Below, one piece after another: positions 16,799-27,319 of a DNA stretch of 46,063 bases. Location: positions 1 to 46,063 of IMG/VR virus record IMGVR_UViG_3300050009_000007; one strand, 5' to 3'. The translations under genes were made by a program, and so were the position numbers. The stretch's first letter is position 1. Each line of letters starts with the position of its first letter. Under the pieces are notes generated by a model, which was not told the origin of the DNA, did not search any database, and was given only the letters and a program-made list of their open reading frames with translations. The DNA is from a virus.

Positions 16799-18098
16799 CC
16801 CTGTTATCAGCGACTCACTTCCTCACTTCCTAGACCGCGCTGATGGCAAGGACTACGGGGCGGGGCCGGTTGGTGCTCCGACGCCAGCAGGCGCAATCAC
16901 CATCCAAGGCCCGCAAGGTGCGACCGATTACGAGATTCAGGAAGATGTTGACTCGCCAACTTTGGAACGTGCGGAACAGGCGACAATCACCAAGAGTTTC
17001 CATGACCTGACTTGGGCAGATGCTTGCACCCGGATTTTATCTCTTGGTCGTGGCGGGATTTTGATTGACCGCTACAACAATCAGATTCGGATTCTTTCCA
17101 GCACCATCCAAAGCCAGCGCGGGGACAAGGCGACTTTGAAAATCGTTGCCGAAGGGTTGTCATTTGACACGCCACCAGATGAATTTACCTGCACTCCGGT
17201 TGAGCTTGGCATCAACATCATCAAGCATCCGAGATATTTTTACGCCCTGAATCCAAGTCCGGTTGACGATGACCCGATTACGCAGCAAGTAAAACAGTGC
17301 ATTATTCGCGCAATCCAGACGTATCAGGATTCCCCGTTCTTTCCAACGGCTGTAACTTTGACGGGGTTGTTAAACGGCCAAGTCCACGACAACATTATGG
17401 CCGGACTGAAAAGCGGACGGATGGTTTTGGGAATTGTTAATGTTAATTACAAGCCGCAATACGACTTCAAGCAGGATTTAATAATTCAGGATTCGTCAGT
17501 GTATAACAACGGAAATCCTGGGCCAAGTTTCTATCCGGCAATGGCAACCAAGAATGGAGACGTAAACGACCCATACGTTCATGTGGCATTCAATATATCC
17601 AAGGCGAACAAGCCCACTATTGAACTTGCACTTTCCGCAGCACAGGAAGTCATTCAAAAACTCTGGAAGATTGAGGACAGTCCTTACATGGTTGGGTTTG
17701 AAATAAACTGGTCGGTGTATTACTATCGCCCCCCTTATATAAATCCGGGTGGGTATGTCGAAAATCCAATCACGGAGGCCAACCCGTCATTGCCTGATTA
17801 TTTTTACTCACCTCTTGCGCCTCAAGACTCGAACTTTTCAAAAAGAACATTGTTTGATTATCTTTATGCCTACAATCCACAATGCTATCTGGATAAATAC
17901 GGGTATGCTTCGATTTCCTGCCTGAGAAAATCCGACTCCATCGAATATCAAAGAACATGGTTTAAGGTGACTCGCTCTTGGCTTTGTTCGGCAGTGGGAA
18001 TGTGGGATTTGGATATAAATTCAAACCTGCCAAGACCTATTTATGCCGGTAAGCCAAAAAATCCCGGCGACCCGGAATACTACGACATAACATACTAA
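16791..18098 (+). CDS. Hypothetical tail-tip/baseplate protein (435 aa)
   Basis: Long clean ORF overlapping the upstream stop. The function is inferred from position only. Confidence 0.55.
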   Translation: MYNPVISDSLPHFLDRADGKDYGAGPVGAPTPAGAITIQGPQGATDYEIQEDVDSPTLERAEQATITKSFHDLTWADACTRILSLGRGGILIDRYNNQIRILSSTIQSQRGDKATLKIVAEGLSFDTPPDEFTCTPVELGINIIKHPRYFYALNPSPVDDDPITQQVKQCIIRAIQTYQDSPFFPTAVTLTGLLNGQVHDNIMAGLKSGRMVLGIVNVNYKPQYDFKQDLIIQDSSVYNNGNPGPSFYPAMATKNGDVNDPYVHVAFNISKANKPTIELALSAAQEVIQKLWKIEDSPYMVGFEINWSVYYYRPPYINPGGYVENPITEANPSLPDYFYSPLAPQDSNFSKRTLFDYLYAYNPQCYLDKYGYASISCLRKSDSIEYQRTWFKVTRSWLCSAVGMWDLDINSNLPRPIYAGKPKNPGDPEYYDITY

Positions 18099-18099
18099 A

Positions 18100-19314
18100 A
18101 TGGTATTTAATTCGCCAATCCCCCGCAGCGGAATGCCGAACTTCCATGAAAGTTCAGGGCAGCGTTCTGCCCGTGACGGTGATTCGCTTGGCCAGCAATG
18201 GAAAAAGAACACGGCTCCGACTCGCCAGATAGCACAAATCACAAGGAACATGTCGAGCCTGTCGCGTCAGGTGAATCAGATTCGGCGTAGGGTTATTGGG
18301 ATGCCGCCAACGCCAGTCGTTATTCCAATTCCTATGCACCCGTTCAAAATCTATCAGCCGACGAAGTATGTAACAAATCTAGGTTCAATCATCCGGCCAG
18401 CAACCGGATTGGTTTTTGATTCTGCCGGGGCACTGACTCAGTGTGCAATCAATTCCGCAGTTCCCACAAACCTTCCAACGACGGTTAATCCCACCACGGA
18501 TGGGTGGAGGTTATGGGCGGTAAGAAATGGCCGGGTTGAAATTAGGCCGTATTACAGCCAAGCGACGAATCCAGCCAATGACATTAACCATTCAATGGTG
18601 AATAATTATTCGCAAAACATTGATATTTTTGTCCAATCGCTTTCCGACCCGGCACATTCTTCAAGCTGGAACACTCGCCGCTCTGGAACTGACGGGGTGT
18701 GCCCTGATTTATACCAGCTTTTGACCTACCAAGATACAACCACTGAAATTCAGCCATTCGGTGACGTTCTGGTATTAACGGGAAGCGAAAGTTCCAGCAG
18801 GCAATACCTGTTTTATATTGAAATAACCCCGGATACGCCAACAACTTTGCAGGTGTCAAAAATAAAGTATTTTGTCCCTGACGCTTCCGTGAACGGTGGG
18901 GCTTGGATGCCCGCCTTTTCTCCGCTCGTTATTCCGATTGGGATTTTGACTTTTGAATCTGGAAGCACGACCTCAATCGTTCAACTACTTCAAGACCATT
19001 GCTTGAACCGTTATCCGGTTGGAATGTATTCAAAGATTCAGCTGGTTGCGAAGCAGTCAATTCCAAGCGGTTGCATTTATCGGGGCTGCTGGCAGACCGA
19101 TGCAGATTTGGTCAATCAATACTTTTACCCCGGCGATGTGATTTATTGGAATCCTGGGACTTCAACAACCATAACAAAATCAGGTGTCAGCCTAAAATTG
19201 TTCAAGTCCGCATATTATATGGCTGTTAAAAACAGCAAGACATCCGACCCGTCAACGGATAGCACGAATTTTATGAAGGTTTCCGAATCTATAAGTGATG
19301 TGACGTTTCCATAA
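18100..19314 (+). CDS. Hypothetical tail-tip protein (404 aa)
   Basis: Long clean ORF 1 nt after the upstream stop. The function is inferred from position only. Confidence 0.55.
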   Translation: MVFNSPIPRSGMPNFHESSGQRSARDGDSLGQQWKKNTAPTRQIAQITRNMSSLSRQVNQIRRRVIGMPPTPVVIPIPMHPFKIYQPTKYVTNLGSIIRPATGLVFDSAGALTQCAINSAVPTNLPTTVNPTTDGWRLWAVRNGRVEIRPYYSQATNPANDINHSMVNNYSQNIDIFVQSLSDPAHSSSWNTRRSGTDGVCPDLYQLLTYQDTTTEIQPFGDVLVLTGSESSSRQYLFYIEITPDTPTTLQVSKIKYFVPDASVNGGAWMPAFSPLVIPIGILTFESGSTTSIVQLLQDHCLNRYPVGMYSKIQLVAKQSIPSGCIYRGCWQTDADLVNQYFYPGDVIYWNPGTSTTITKSGVSLKLFKSAYYMAVKNSKTSDPSTDSTNFMKVSESISDVTFP

Positions 19315-19330
19315 ACAATTTGATTTTCCC

Positions 19331-22300
19331 ATGAAAACAACGATTATATTTCCAATGAGACGGATTTTAGCAACTGTGGGGATTCTGTTTTTGTCGCTGT
19401 CGGTATTTGCGACTGACCTTGAAATTAACCTCAACTGGTTCGGGGCATCTCCAGCGACCAACCGCAACGTCACCCTGCAACCAATGTCACCGTTTGTTGG
19501 CAACCTGACTTGGGGTGTATCCGATTCAAACGGGATATGTGTTTTCAGTAATCGTAACAGCGGGGTTTACGACGGTATCATAAAAGCACCACCGTCTCAA
19601 ATTCCATTTCAAGTCAAACTTCTTCCCGCAGATTCAGGACTGATTGACGCCACAAATCGGCTGACGCCGACTTACGGGGCAACTTATCCGGAAGGCGATA
19701 CGGCATGGTCAATCGCAACGAGCGATCAACGCTACCAGCTTTCCGGCACTACGGCCAGCAACACATTTTACCCGCTTTTCAGCAATCCGAGCAATTACGC
19801 CACGGCAAACACGGCATCAAATTACTCCAACGCCAGCACAAACGGATATGGCAATATCGTCAGCCTGAACACCAATCAGGTTGAATTAGCTGGTGCGGCG
19901 ACAAACGCCGCAAATCAGGCGACGAATAATACCGGCATCATTCGGTCAGATGTCTTTGGTGTGTCCACAAACCTGATTGTGACCAATCTTTTGAGCGACA
20001 TTGGGGCTTCAAATCAGTTTGCATTGAACGCCTCAACGAACAATTCAACTGCCGAGCGAAATGCCTTGGTTGCGACACAGGCGCTTACCCTCGCCTCCAT
20101 TGGAAACTCCAACACCGCTGCAATCACAACGGCCACAAACGATGCTTGGCAGTCTTTTACCAACGCCGCATTTTCGGGCGCGACCCCGTTCAACCTGTTT
20201 TCTGCGACGAATCTACCTTGGACGGGCATAACCGGCGTCGGAACTCTTGGCCAGTGGATGGGCATTGGGACAAACACGTTCTGGCAGGCATCAACCAACT
20301 GGACGGTTGCCTATGTGCTTGGACAGGGGTATGCAACAACGAATCAATTCAACGCCGGAACGAACTGGACTTACACGAATTTGCAGGCGCAGATTGCTTC
20401 CCTGAATTCGGGAACGTCCAATTCGATTGCCACCAATACGGGGACGCTGCTTGGTTCCACAGCCGCAGCCCTGACGAACGACATCGTTGCCACCAGCAAT
20501 CAGTTGGCGGCGGCGCAGTCGGCTGGAACGAACACAGTCCAGTATTTTGTCATCACTGGCTACACCACGCTGTCGTCTTTCTTGAGTGGCACAAATCAAA
20601 TTAACACAAATCTGTTGACAATCTCCACAAACCTTTATACGCAAGGGACAAATTATGCGAACACAAATTCAAGTTCGCTGGCGCTCGCACAAGGCACAGC
20701 GGGTTCAAATAACGCGGCGGGTCTGTTCATCTTCGCTACCAACTATTCCTCTACAAACTCGCTGGCGCTTGCCGCTGCCAACTCGAATCTTACGCGGGGC
20801 GTCAGCATCGTTGTAACAAATCTCAGCGGCTACATTCAGGCCATCGCATCCGGCTTGAAATTCTCAGTTGTCGTTTCCGGCGCATCGTCTGTTCCGAATG
20901 TGAATGGGACGAACGTATGGCAATCTTCAACGTCTTGGACGAACCTGAACGGGATTTCTTTCGTCACGAATGACGCTTCCGGGACAAGAATTTATTCGAG
21001 CGGTTCTCCATTTTACGGAGCGGTCATCGGTTATCCATCCGGGACAACAACGAACATCAATGGCTCGTCACCGGCCCCGACTCTTGCGCTCTTGGCGGTT
21101 GGTTTGGGGACGGCAATTCCTGCCGGGGTGGTTACGAACGGCCAGCCGTCAGTTACCTTTGGAAACGTCACGGCGTCCAATCTCAATGGCTCTTTGCCGG
21201 GAACAAACCTGACCGGAACGGTATTAATCCCGGTGGCGTTCCCAAATCTTGGAACTGGCGCGGTTACGGTGACAAACTCAGTTACCGGAGAATGGGATTT
21301 GGAAACAGTTAGTGGCGGAAGCACTGGAACAGCCACGAATCTGACGGGCAATGCAACCAATCAGGTGAATGGAATTGCTGGAACGATTTATACAAACAAT
21401 CCATTGGGCTATATCACAACAGCCAGCGGAACCGGCACGGCTACAAACCTTTCAGGCAATGCACTTAATCAGGTCACGAACATTGCTGCGGCTGTTGGCG
21501 GTTCTGGAGCGGTGACAAATTTTACGCTACCAGTTTCGATTGATGCAGGAGACACATCAACTAATACATTTGGCGGGGCAACTGTGATATTAGGGTTTAA
21601 TGTGCAAGAAGGAACATCATACGCCAACGGGAATCCAAGTCATGCAGAGAATAATTCATCGGCACTTGGCTCATTCGACCACAGCGAGGGGTATTATACT
21701 GTTGCAAGCAACATGGCAAGCCATGCGGAAGGTTATCAATCTTTCGCACTAGGATATGTCAGTCACGCTGCTGGAATTAAAGCTCAAGCAACCAATCTTT
21801 ATTCTTTCGTTTGGAACAGTGACCCGAACAATTATTTTGGAAGCTTGGTTCAACAATCATTTTCGGTTAATGCGTTGGGTGGTATCAGATTTGTAACTGG
21901 AGGTGCGGGAATGACTGTTGATGGGGTTCCAATTTCTGGCAGCACAAACACAACGACAACAAGTTCGTCTCAAAACACCTACACCAACGAGTTCATCACC
22001 GCTTCGACAACCAACATCTGGCTGGACGGAAACACGGCGATAAATTTTGACCTGACGTTCACTTCCACGGCCACAAATCACATCCAGATTGTTTACACAA
22101 ACGTCTCGATTCCTGTGAATCGGTGCGTCACCAGCGTTGTCCGGCTGCTTAACTACGGAACGAACATTTTGAATTTCACGTTCCCCGGCAACGTCATCGG
22201 GCTTGGCTCGACCGTGACGACTGATATTGCGACCAACTTCCCGTCAACGCTGTTGTCAAATCACTGGCATACCATCACTGTTCAGATTGGTCCAAGCTTC

Positions 22301-23320
22301 GCAACGGCGTTCGCCTATTCCGGCACGCTATCGAATCTCTTGGCATTTCCGACCACAACAAATGTAGCCGTGTTTCTGCCGGAGGATGAGACTACGCCGG
22401 TTAATTTGCTTGGCGGACTGAGCACGGCATCGAAGATTCGGAACATCGGGGGGGTGTTGTATGCGACTACGCTTTCGGCAGGCAAGGTGTTGGTGTCGTC
22501 AACCAACGGGACTTACTTTTACACCAATTATTATCCGTCCGATGGGGCGTATATTCCGATTGACATGGCTAAGGGAACAAACTCGAATGGCGGAGATGAG
22601 TGGTATCTGGTTGGTGGCGGGGGGCGTATTTGGACCTCAACCAATCCACCATCTGCAAACAACACGAATTGGACAAAGTATGTTGGCGGGAATACCGGGG
22701 CATTTACATGCTGCGTCGTAAATTCAAATAACTACTTTTTGGCTGGTGGATATAACATCATTGCCGCGTCAACCAATAACGGAGTTTCATTTAGCGAGCA
22801 AACTGTTCCTGTGACCGGCGGGAACATCTTCAACATTTCATGCAGCCCAACAAACTTCTGTTTAGCTGCCAGCCAAGCTGCCTATATTACCACAGACGGA
22901 ATAAACCTGACCACGGTAGCGACTGCTGGCGCAATCAGCAGTGGAGTGAACGCGGTTTCGTATTACGGCGAGGAAGGTTATGGAGCGGAATATCGAGTCG
23001 CAGGAATTGGGTGGGCAAATACGATATTCGGAACGAACACTTCTTTGGATGTATTCTACGACTTGAATGTTAATGGGACGGTTGTTACATCCCCGCTGTG
23101 TAATGATATTTGCGTTGTGAATGAGGCTGATACTCACACAGTTTCAAGTTGCTCTGCATACAACCGGGGATTTGTATCAATGCAAACCGCTCCATGGGGT
23201 CAAGCTGGCACAATGTTCATTTCGACGCTCCATAATTACCGTAGTGAACTGGACACCTACGAGCCTGTCTCTGTGGCATACAAAGACCACAAATGGTTCG
23301 TGGTCGCTCCCCATTTTTAA
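19331..23320 (+). CDS. Giant Asn/Thr/Ser-rich fibre- or adhesin-like protein (1329 aa) with an N-terminal signal-peptide-like sequence
   Basis: N-terminus MKTTIIFPMRRILATVGILFLSLSVFA|TDLE. Internal duplicated GTATNL(T/S)GNA(T/L)NQV(N/T). A YadA-head/Hep_Hag-like run SHAENNSSALGSFDHSEGYYTVASNMASHAEGYQSFALGYVSHAAG. C-terminal Asp-box-like motifs (STNNGVSFSEQ). Confidence 0.7.
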   Translation: MKTTIIFPMRRILATVGILFLSLSVFATDLEINLNWFGASPATNRNVTLQPMSPFVGNLTWGVSDSNGICVFSNRNSGVYDGIIKAPPSQIPFQVKLLPADSGLIDATNRLTPTYGATYPEGDTAWSIATSDQRYQLSGTTASNTFYPLFSNPSNYATANTASNYSNASTNGYGNIVSLNTNQVELAGAATNAANQATNNTGIIRSDVFGVSTNLIVTNLLSDIGASNQFALNASTNNSTAERNALVATQALTLASIGNSNTAAITTATNDAWQSFTNAAFSGATPFNLFSATNLPWTGITGVGTLGQWMGIGTNTFWQASTNWTVAYVLGQGYATTNQFNAGTNWTYTNLQAQIASLNSGTSNSIATNTGTLLGSTAAALTNDIVATSNQLAAAQSAGTNTVQYFVITGYTTLSSFLSGTNQINTNLLTISTNLYTQGTNYANTNSSSLALAQGTAGSNNAAGLFIFATNYSSTNSLALAAANSNLTRGVSIVVTNLSGYIQAIASGLKFSVVVSGASSVPNVNGTNVWQSSTSWTNLNGISFVTNDASGTRIYSSGSPFYGAVIGYPSGTTTNINGSSPAPTLALLAVGLGTAIPAGVVTNGQPSVTFGNVTASNLNGSLPGTNLTGTVLIPVAFPNLGTGAVTVTNSVTGEWDLETVSGGSTGTATNLTGNATNQVNGIAGTIYTNNPLGYITTASGTGTATNLSGNALNQVTNIAAAVGGSGAVTNFTLPVSIDAGDTSTNTFGGATVILGFNVQEGTSYANGNPSHAENNSSALGSFDHSEGYYTVASNMASHAEGYQSFALGYVSHAAGIKAQATNLYSFVWNSDPNNYFGSLVQQSFSVNALGGIRFVTGGAGMTVDGVPISGSTNTTTTSSSQNTYTNEFITASTTNIWLDGNTAINFDLTFTSTATNHIQIVYTNVSIPVNRCVTSVVRLLNYGTNILNFTFPGNVIGLGSTVTTDIATNFPSTLLSNHWHTITVQIGPSFATAFAYSGTLSNLLAFPTTTNVAVFLPEDETTPVNLLGGLSTASKIRNIGGVLYATTLSAGKVLVSSTNGTYFYTNYYPSDGAYIPIDMAKGTNSNGGDEWYLVGGGGRIWTSTNPPSANNTNWTKYVGGNTGAFTCCVVNSNNYFLAGGYNIIAASTNNGVSFSEQTVPVTGGNIFNISCSPTNFCLAASQAAYITTDGINLTTVATAGAISSGVNAVSYYGEEGYGAEYRVAGIGWANTIFGTNTSLDVFYDLNVNGTVVTSPLCNDICVVNEADTHTVSSCSAYNRGFVSMQTAPWGQAGTMFISTLHNYRSELDTYEPVSVAYKDHKWFVVAPHF

Positions 23321-23321
23321 T

Positions 23322-26300
23322 ATGAAAAACATCCTGCTTTCAATTTTACTTCTAGCTGGACTGACGGCTTATGCCGTGACGAATGCGCCATCGTTTAATT
23401 TCTCTCAAGGTTACGGTGGTGGAGGCGGTAGCGCAACGAATGCTATCACAAGCCTTGTTGCAACGAACGCCACGACTCCTAGCGTGAGTGCAAATGGACA
23501 GATTGGATATGTGCCGGTGCTGTTTGACCCCTTCGGCAGTTCTCTTGTAGCGACGCAGGGACTTGGCGGCGCGGCATTCCAGCCGACGAATACGTTTGAC
23601 CTTGCAGGGGCGGGAACGACGGCGGCGAATCAAGTAACAAATGGATTACGAATTGCCGCCTCAAATCTTCTGACTGGGGCCAATGGCGGGCAGGTTCCGC
23701 TTGGTGGATTATTTTCGTCTCGCGTTCCGGCTGATACAAACAGCGGGGCATACCTTTTAGTTGCAAATACCAACACTGGATTAAGGGATGCAACGACAGA
23801 TGCGCGGGCACTGACGAACTTACAGGCATCGGCGGTCGTAGGAACAGTCTCGACGGCAACAAGTGTTGCAAATCTTGGGAACTGGTTAAGCATTATTGGA
23901 ATAATAACCACGAATGCTAACTCAGTGTTCATTAATATGATTGCTGCGCCGGAGAATTACAATGGCACGTTCACCGGGCCTGTCTATGGGAATGCAACCA
24001 CGGCGCAGACGGCGAACTCAGCATTGTATAAGCCTGTTGAACTGCTTGGTGGCCAATTTTACCTTCCTGTTTTCACGGAAGATTTTAGTCCAACCAATTC
24101 AGCCAACATAACGACCGGCGGCACGATTCCATTCACTGATGGTTCAACGAATGTGTGGACACTCATTGTAGATAACGGAGGTTTTGCAGTTGTCACCAAC
24201 AATGAATTAATGATGTCGAACACCTATGATACCTTTCGGTCTGAGCTTGTGGGTGAAAAGCTGCCTGTGCTTGGAACGAATGCGGCGGGATGGGCCATTA
24301 AAGCGCACGTTTCATTAAATTCGTATGCTTATAATGGTATGGGGATTATGGAGGTAGGATTTACTACAACCCCGTCCACTCCGGGCTCTGCCACTGCTTA
24401 TCCGGTTGCAAGCACAGTTTTTAACGGTAACCCTCACACAGTCGGCATTGAATTTGGAGCAGGCAATCTAAAATACTTTTTTAACAATTCGGTAAAAAAC
24501 CATGACGGATTTGACCTGCTTTGTGTTCTAACCACGAACGGGTTTGTTTCATATATTCAGGGTGGTGTTGGTGATAATTTTAACGGCTACGAAGGCTCTG
24601 CTTCATGGTTTGAAGTTGGTTACTATACGAACGCGACGTGGGCTAATAGTATGATTTGTCCGGTGGTTTGTTATAGTGGCGGATTTGTGGGCGGCATGGG
24701 TTATGTGTCTCACATTGAAATTTATTCCAACTGGAATGCAACAGGAACATCGGGAGTGTTGCTGCACTCAATGCCTTTTGAGAATTACTACGTCAACGCT
24801 CCATATATCTGTCAGGACACAAACGGTGCTTTCTATGCAACCTTCGACCAAGGCAGCGGTGACGTGTCACTTGACCGGGTAGTTTATGCCGCTTACAGAA
24901 ATGGGTCAGGTCAATGGCAATATCCCGTTAGCGTTGTTGCTGGCACGAATGATGGGGCGACCGCCTATAATGCTGGGGCTGTGTGGACAAATCTCACCGG
25001 GGGTGTGGTGCTAACGTATAACAAATCTCTAAACAAGTTTACAAATTCTTCGGCGATTTACTATCGGACAAGTTTTTGGAACGGCTCATCTTTGGTGTTA
25101 GGGCCAGAAACGCTATTGAATGTTACCAATCTGCCAAACAATACATACTACGTTTCATACTCTCCGGCAATTCCCGCGCCAGACGGCACACTTATCATGC
25201 CCGTTGAGTGGATGAGCACCAATATCGCTTTCACTTCTTATCAATACACCAATTCAATCCTAAAGTCGTGGAACAATGGGGTCAGTTGGAGTATGGTTCC
25301 TTCGTCAGCAATCAGCACCAACACAGCATATTGGTGCGAAGGTGCTTTGGGTGTTCAGGTTGATGGTAAAGTAGCACAGTATTTTAGACTCAATGGTGGC
25401 GGTGGGAATGGCTTTGTTGGAGTCTCTTATTCATCTAACAGCGGGCTGACTTGGACGGCTCCTGTTGACACTACCATTCCAGAATGCGACCGAGTGTGTA
25501 TATCACCCATGCCGGGAGGCAATCTGTTGCTTGCCTTGTCGGGTGATGTTTTTAATGTTGCCGACCATCCGGTTGCCTATGTGGTCGGAAATAATTCCAC
25601 AGTCATCCAGAAGATTACTTTGTTTTCGTTCAACGATTCCGTCCCGTGGTACACACACAAATATACTTGGGTGGGGTGGTTCAACAACAAAATTTGCTAT
25701 ATGGTCACTCCGCAAGTTGAAGATGGTATTTGGTATGGTGAGAAATCACTGGACGGGGCTATTGAAAATCAGTGGAGCGCCAACCGCCAGCGCGACCAAA
25801 AATTAAATGCGGCCTTACACGAAAACATTCCGTTGTTGACGAATATGACTGCGGCACAGGTTATAGCTGCTGGTGGACTGACCAATGCCGTCACGATTTT
25901 GAACAGCACGAATGGATATTACACTTGGGTCACGAATGCTGGCGGTCAAATGACAGGAACTTGGGTTCCAACAAACACACCAGCAGCGGCATTAACTGGT
26001 GTTCTGCCTATAGGATTATTAACTTCATCCGGCACAAACTTACCCGGTGGAGTATTGGTTACGGACGGCGCGGGGAATAGGATTTACACCAACAACCTGA
26101 ACGGGGTATCCATCAACGGCGCGTCACAAACAAACCCTGTTGTATATCAGTTCGCGCAGACCAACATAATGTTCATCGGCACCAATGCGTTAGGTGTTCC
26201 CTTCACAAACTTCTGGGTGCAAGGGACGGGGACGAGTCTTTATACCGTGTGGCAGTTGGACAATGTGGGATATACTTCACTCTACACGGTAGGAACTAAT

Positions 26301-26720
26301 GGGCAATACATGTTTAATCAACAGGTTAATAGTGGCACAGTGAGTGCCGGCAGTGTATCTCTAAGCCCAATCTTCCGAGGCGCCAGCAGCGCCTCGGCCT
26401 TCACATTAGGTGCATCCACCACACCCAACATCTTCGTCCTGGCCACAAATCTAAACAGCGGTGCGTTGGTAAACAATTTCACAAACGGAATCACCAGCTT
26501 TTCAACAAACAGCATCACGGTTGGTTCAACTGGATTAACAAACACATTGGGAAAGACCATCGTTGTCAATTTCACTGTTGGGACTGGCTGCTCGCTTTTC
26601 AACAATCAAGGCATTGCTGAATTTTCATCCGTAGCCGTTGGTGCTGGAACGCAATGGCGCGTTCAGGCCAATGGATGGATAACCGGCACCGCCATAACCG
26701 CAACAGCAGATGCTTGGTAA
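23322..26720 (+). CDS. Second giant fibre-like protein (1132 aa) with a signal peptide and BNR/Asp-box-like motifs
   Basis: ATG 23322 lies within ORF 23121..26720. N-terminus MKNILLSILLLAGLTAYA|VTNAPS. SWNNGVSWSMV and SSNSGLTWTAPV resemble S-x-D-x-G-x-T-W repeats of sialidase-type beta-propellers. Confidence 0.7.
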   Translation: MKNILLSILLLAGLTAYAVTNAPSFNFSQGYGGGGGSATNAITSLVATNATTPSVSANGQIGYVPVLFDPFGSSLVATQGLGGAAFQPTNTFDLAGAGTTAANQVTNGLRIAASNLLTGANGGQVPLGGLFSSRVPADTNSGAYLLVANTNTGLRDATTDARALTNLQASAVVGTVSTATSVANLGNWLSIIGIITTNANSVFINMIAAPENYNGTFTGPVYGNATTAQTANSALYKPVELLGGQFYLPVFTEDFSPTNSANITTGGTIPFTDGSTNVWTLIVDNGGFAVVTNNELMMSNTYDTFRSELVGEKLPVLGTNAAGWAIKAHVSLNSYAYNGMGIMEVGFTTTPSTPGSATAYPVASTVFNGNPHTVGIEFGAGNLKYFFNNSVKNHDGFDLLCVLTTNGFVSYIQGGVGDNFNGYEGSASWFEVGYYTNATWANSMICPVVCYSGGFVGGMGYVSHIEIYSNWNATGTSGVLLHSMPFENYYVNAPYICQDTNGAFYATFDQGSGDVSLDRVVYAAYRNGSGQWQYPVSVVAGTNDGATAYNAGAVWTNLTGGVVLTYNKSLNKFTNSSAIYYRTSFWNGSSLVLGPETLLNVTNLPNNTYYVSYSPAIPAPDGTLIMPVEWMSTNIAFTSYQYTNSILKSWNNGVSWSMVPSSAISTNTAYWCEGALGVQVDGKVAQYFRLNGGGGNGFVGVSYSSNSGLTWTAPVDTTIPECDRVCISPMPGGNLLLALSGDVFNVADHPVAYVVGNNSTVIQKITLFSFNDSVPWYTHKYTWVGWFNNKICYMVTPQVEDGIWYGEKSLDGAIENQWSANRQRDQKLNAALHENIPLLTNMTAAQVIAAGGLTNAVTILNSTNGYYTWVTNAGGQMTGTWVPTNTPAAALTGVLPIGLLTSSGTNLPGGVLVTDGAGNRIYTNNLNGVSINGASQTNPVVYQFAQTNIMFIGTNALGVPFTNFWVQGTGTSLYTVWQLDNVGYTSLYTVGTNGQYMFNQQVNSGTVSAGSVSLSPIFRGASSASAFTLGASTTPNIFVLATNLNSGALVNNFTNGITSFSTNSITVGSTGLTNTLGKTIVVNFTVGTGCSLFNNQGIAEFSSVAVGAGTQWRVQANGWITGTAITATADAW

Positions 26721-26777
26721 AATGAAAACCATCCTCCTACTCATCCTGTCACTGTTCGACGGCATTGATTACGTCAC

Positions 26778-27302
26778 ATGAGCCGCGCACTCACCATTCT
26801 GTGTCTGCTGCTGTGCTCGATGAGGGTGCAGTCCGCTCCGATCAACGCCAAGCTGTCCAATCTGCTGATGCAGCCAGCGGTAGTGGAAGCAACTGCGCCA
26901 ACTGTAACTCTGACCATCTACGCTACGCCAAATCTGCAAACTCCTGTTTGGCAAGTCTTGACCAATGTTTCGATTCCGGTATCGTGGATTTCCCAATATA
27001 CAAATCAGCCGAGCTATTACCAACACTTAGCCTGTGACCCAATAACCGATCCGATTGTGGCCGGGGTGAAGATATATTGGGGCACGACGAACGCGATTGA
27101 CTTCGGGATGACCACAAACTTTTTCGTTACGGGGCTGCCCTCAACACCTGTAACATTTTACACCACAACCTACGCCAGCAACGGGGCAGAGAGCGTTCCA
27201 TCCAACGCAGTCAACGCCCCTCCGAACACTAATTATCCTCCGATAACAGTGTTCTTCAAAGACACCGCGCCGGTTACAACCAAGCTGGCAATCTCAAAAT
27301 GA
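26778..27302 (+). CDS. Secreted protein (174 aa), possibly FN3-like
   Basis: Signal peptide MSRALTILCLLLCSMRVQSA|PINA. The FN3 guess rests on GVKIYWGTT...FFVTGLPSTPVTFYTTTYASNGAESVPS. Confidence 0.55.
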   Translation: MSRALTILCLLLCSMRVQSAPINAKLSNLLMQPAVVEATAPTVTLTIYATPNLQTPVWQVLTNVSIPVSWISQYTNQPSYYQHLACDPITDPIVAGVKIYWGTTNAIDFGMTTNFFVTGLPSTPVTFYTTTYASNGAESVPSNAVNAPPNTNYPPITVFFKDTAPVTTKLAISK

Positions 27303-27319
27303 AAGGGTAAATAGATAAT

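Noticed and set aside
19331-26720. The very high number of N-x-S/T sequons in the fibre proteins, as possible evidence for N-glycosylation linked to the glycosyltransferase at 10682..12175.
   Set aside because: The proteins are so rich in Asn, Thr and Ser that composition alone predicts a similar sequon count (roughly 30-40 per 1300 aa by a rough estimate). A proper observed/expected calculation with shuffled controls is needed before claiming enrichment.
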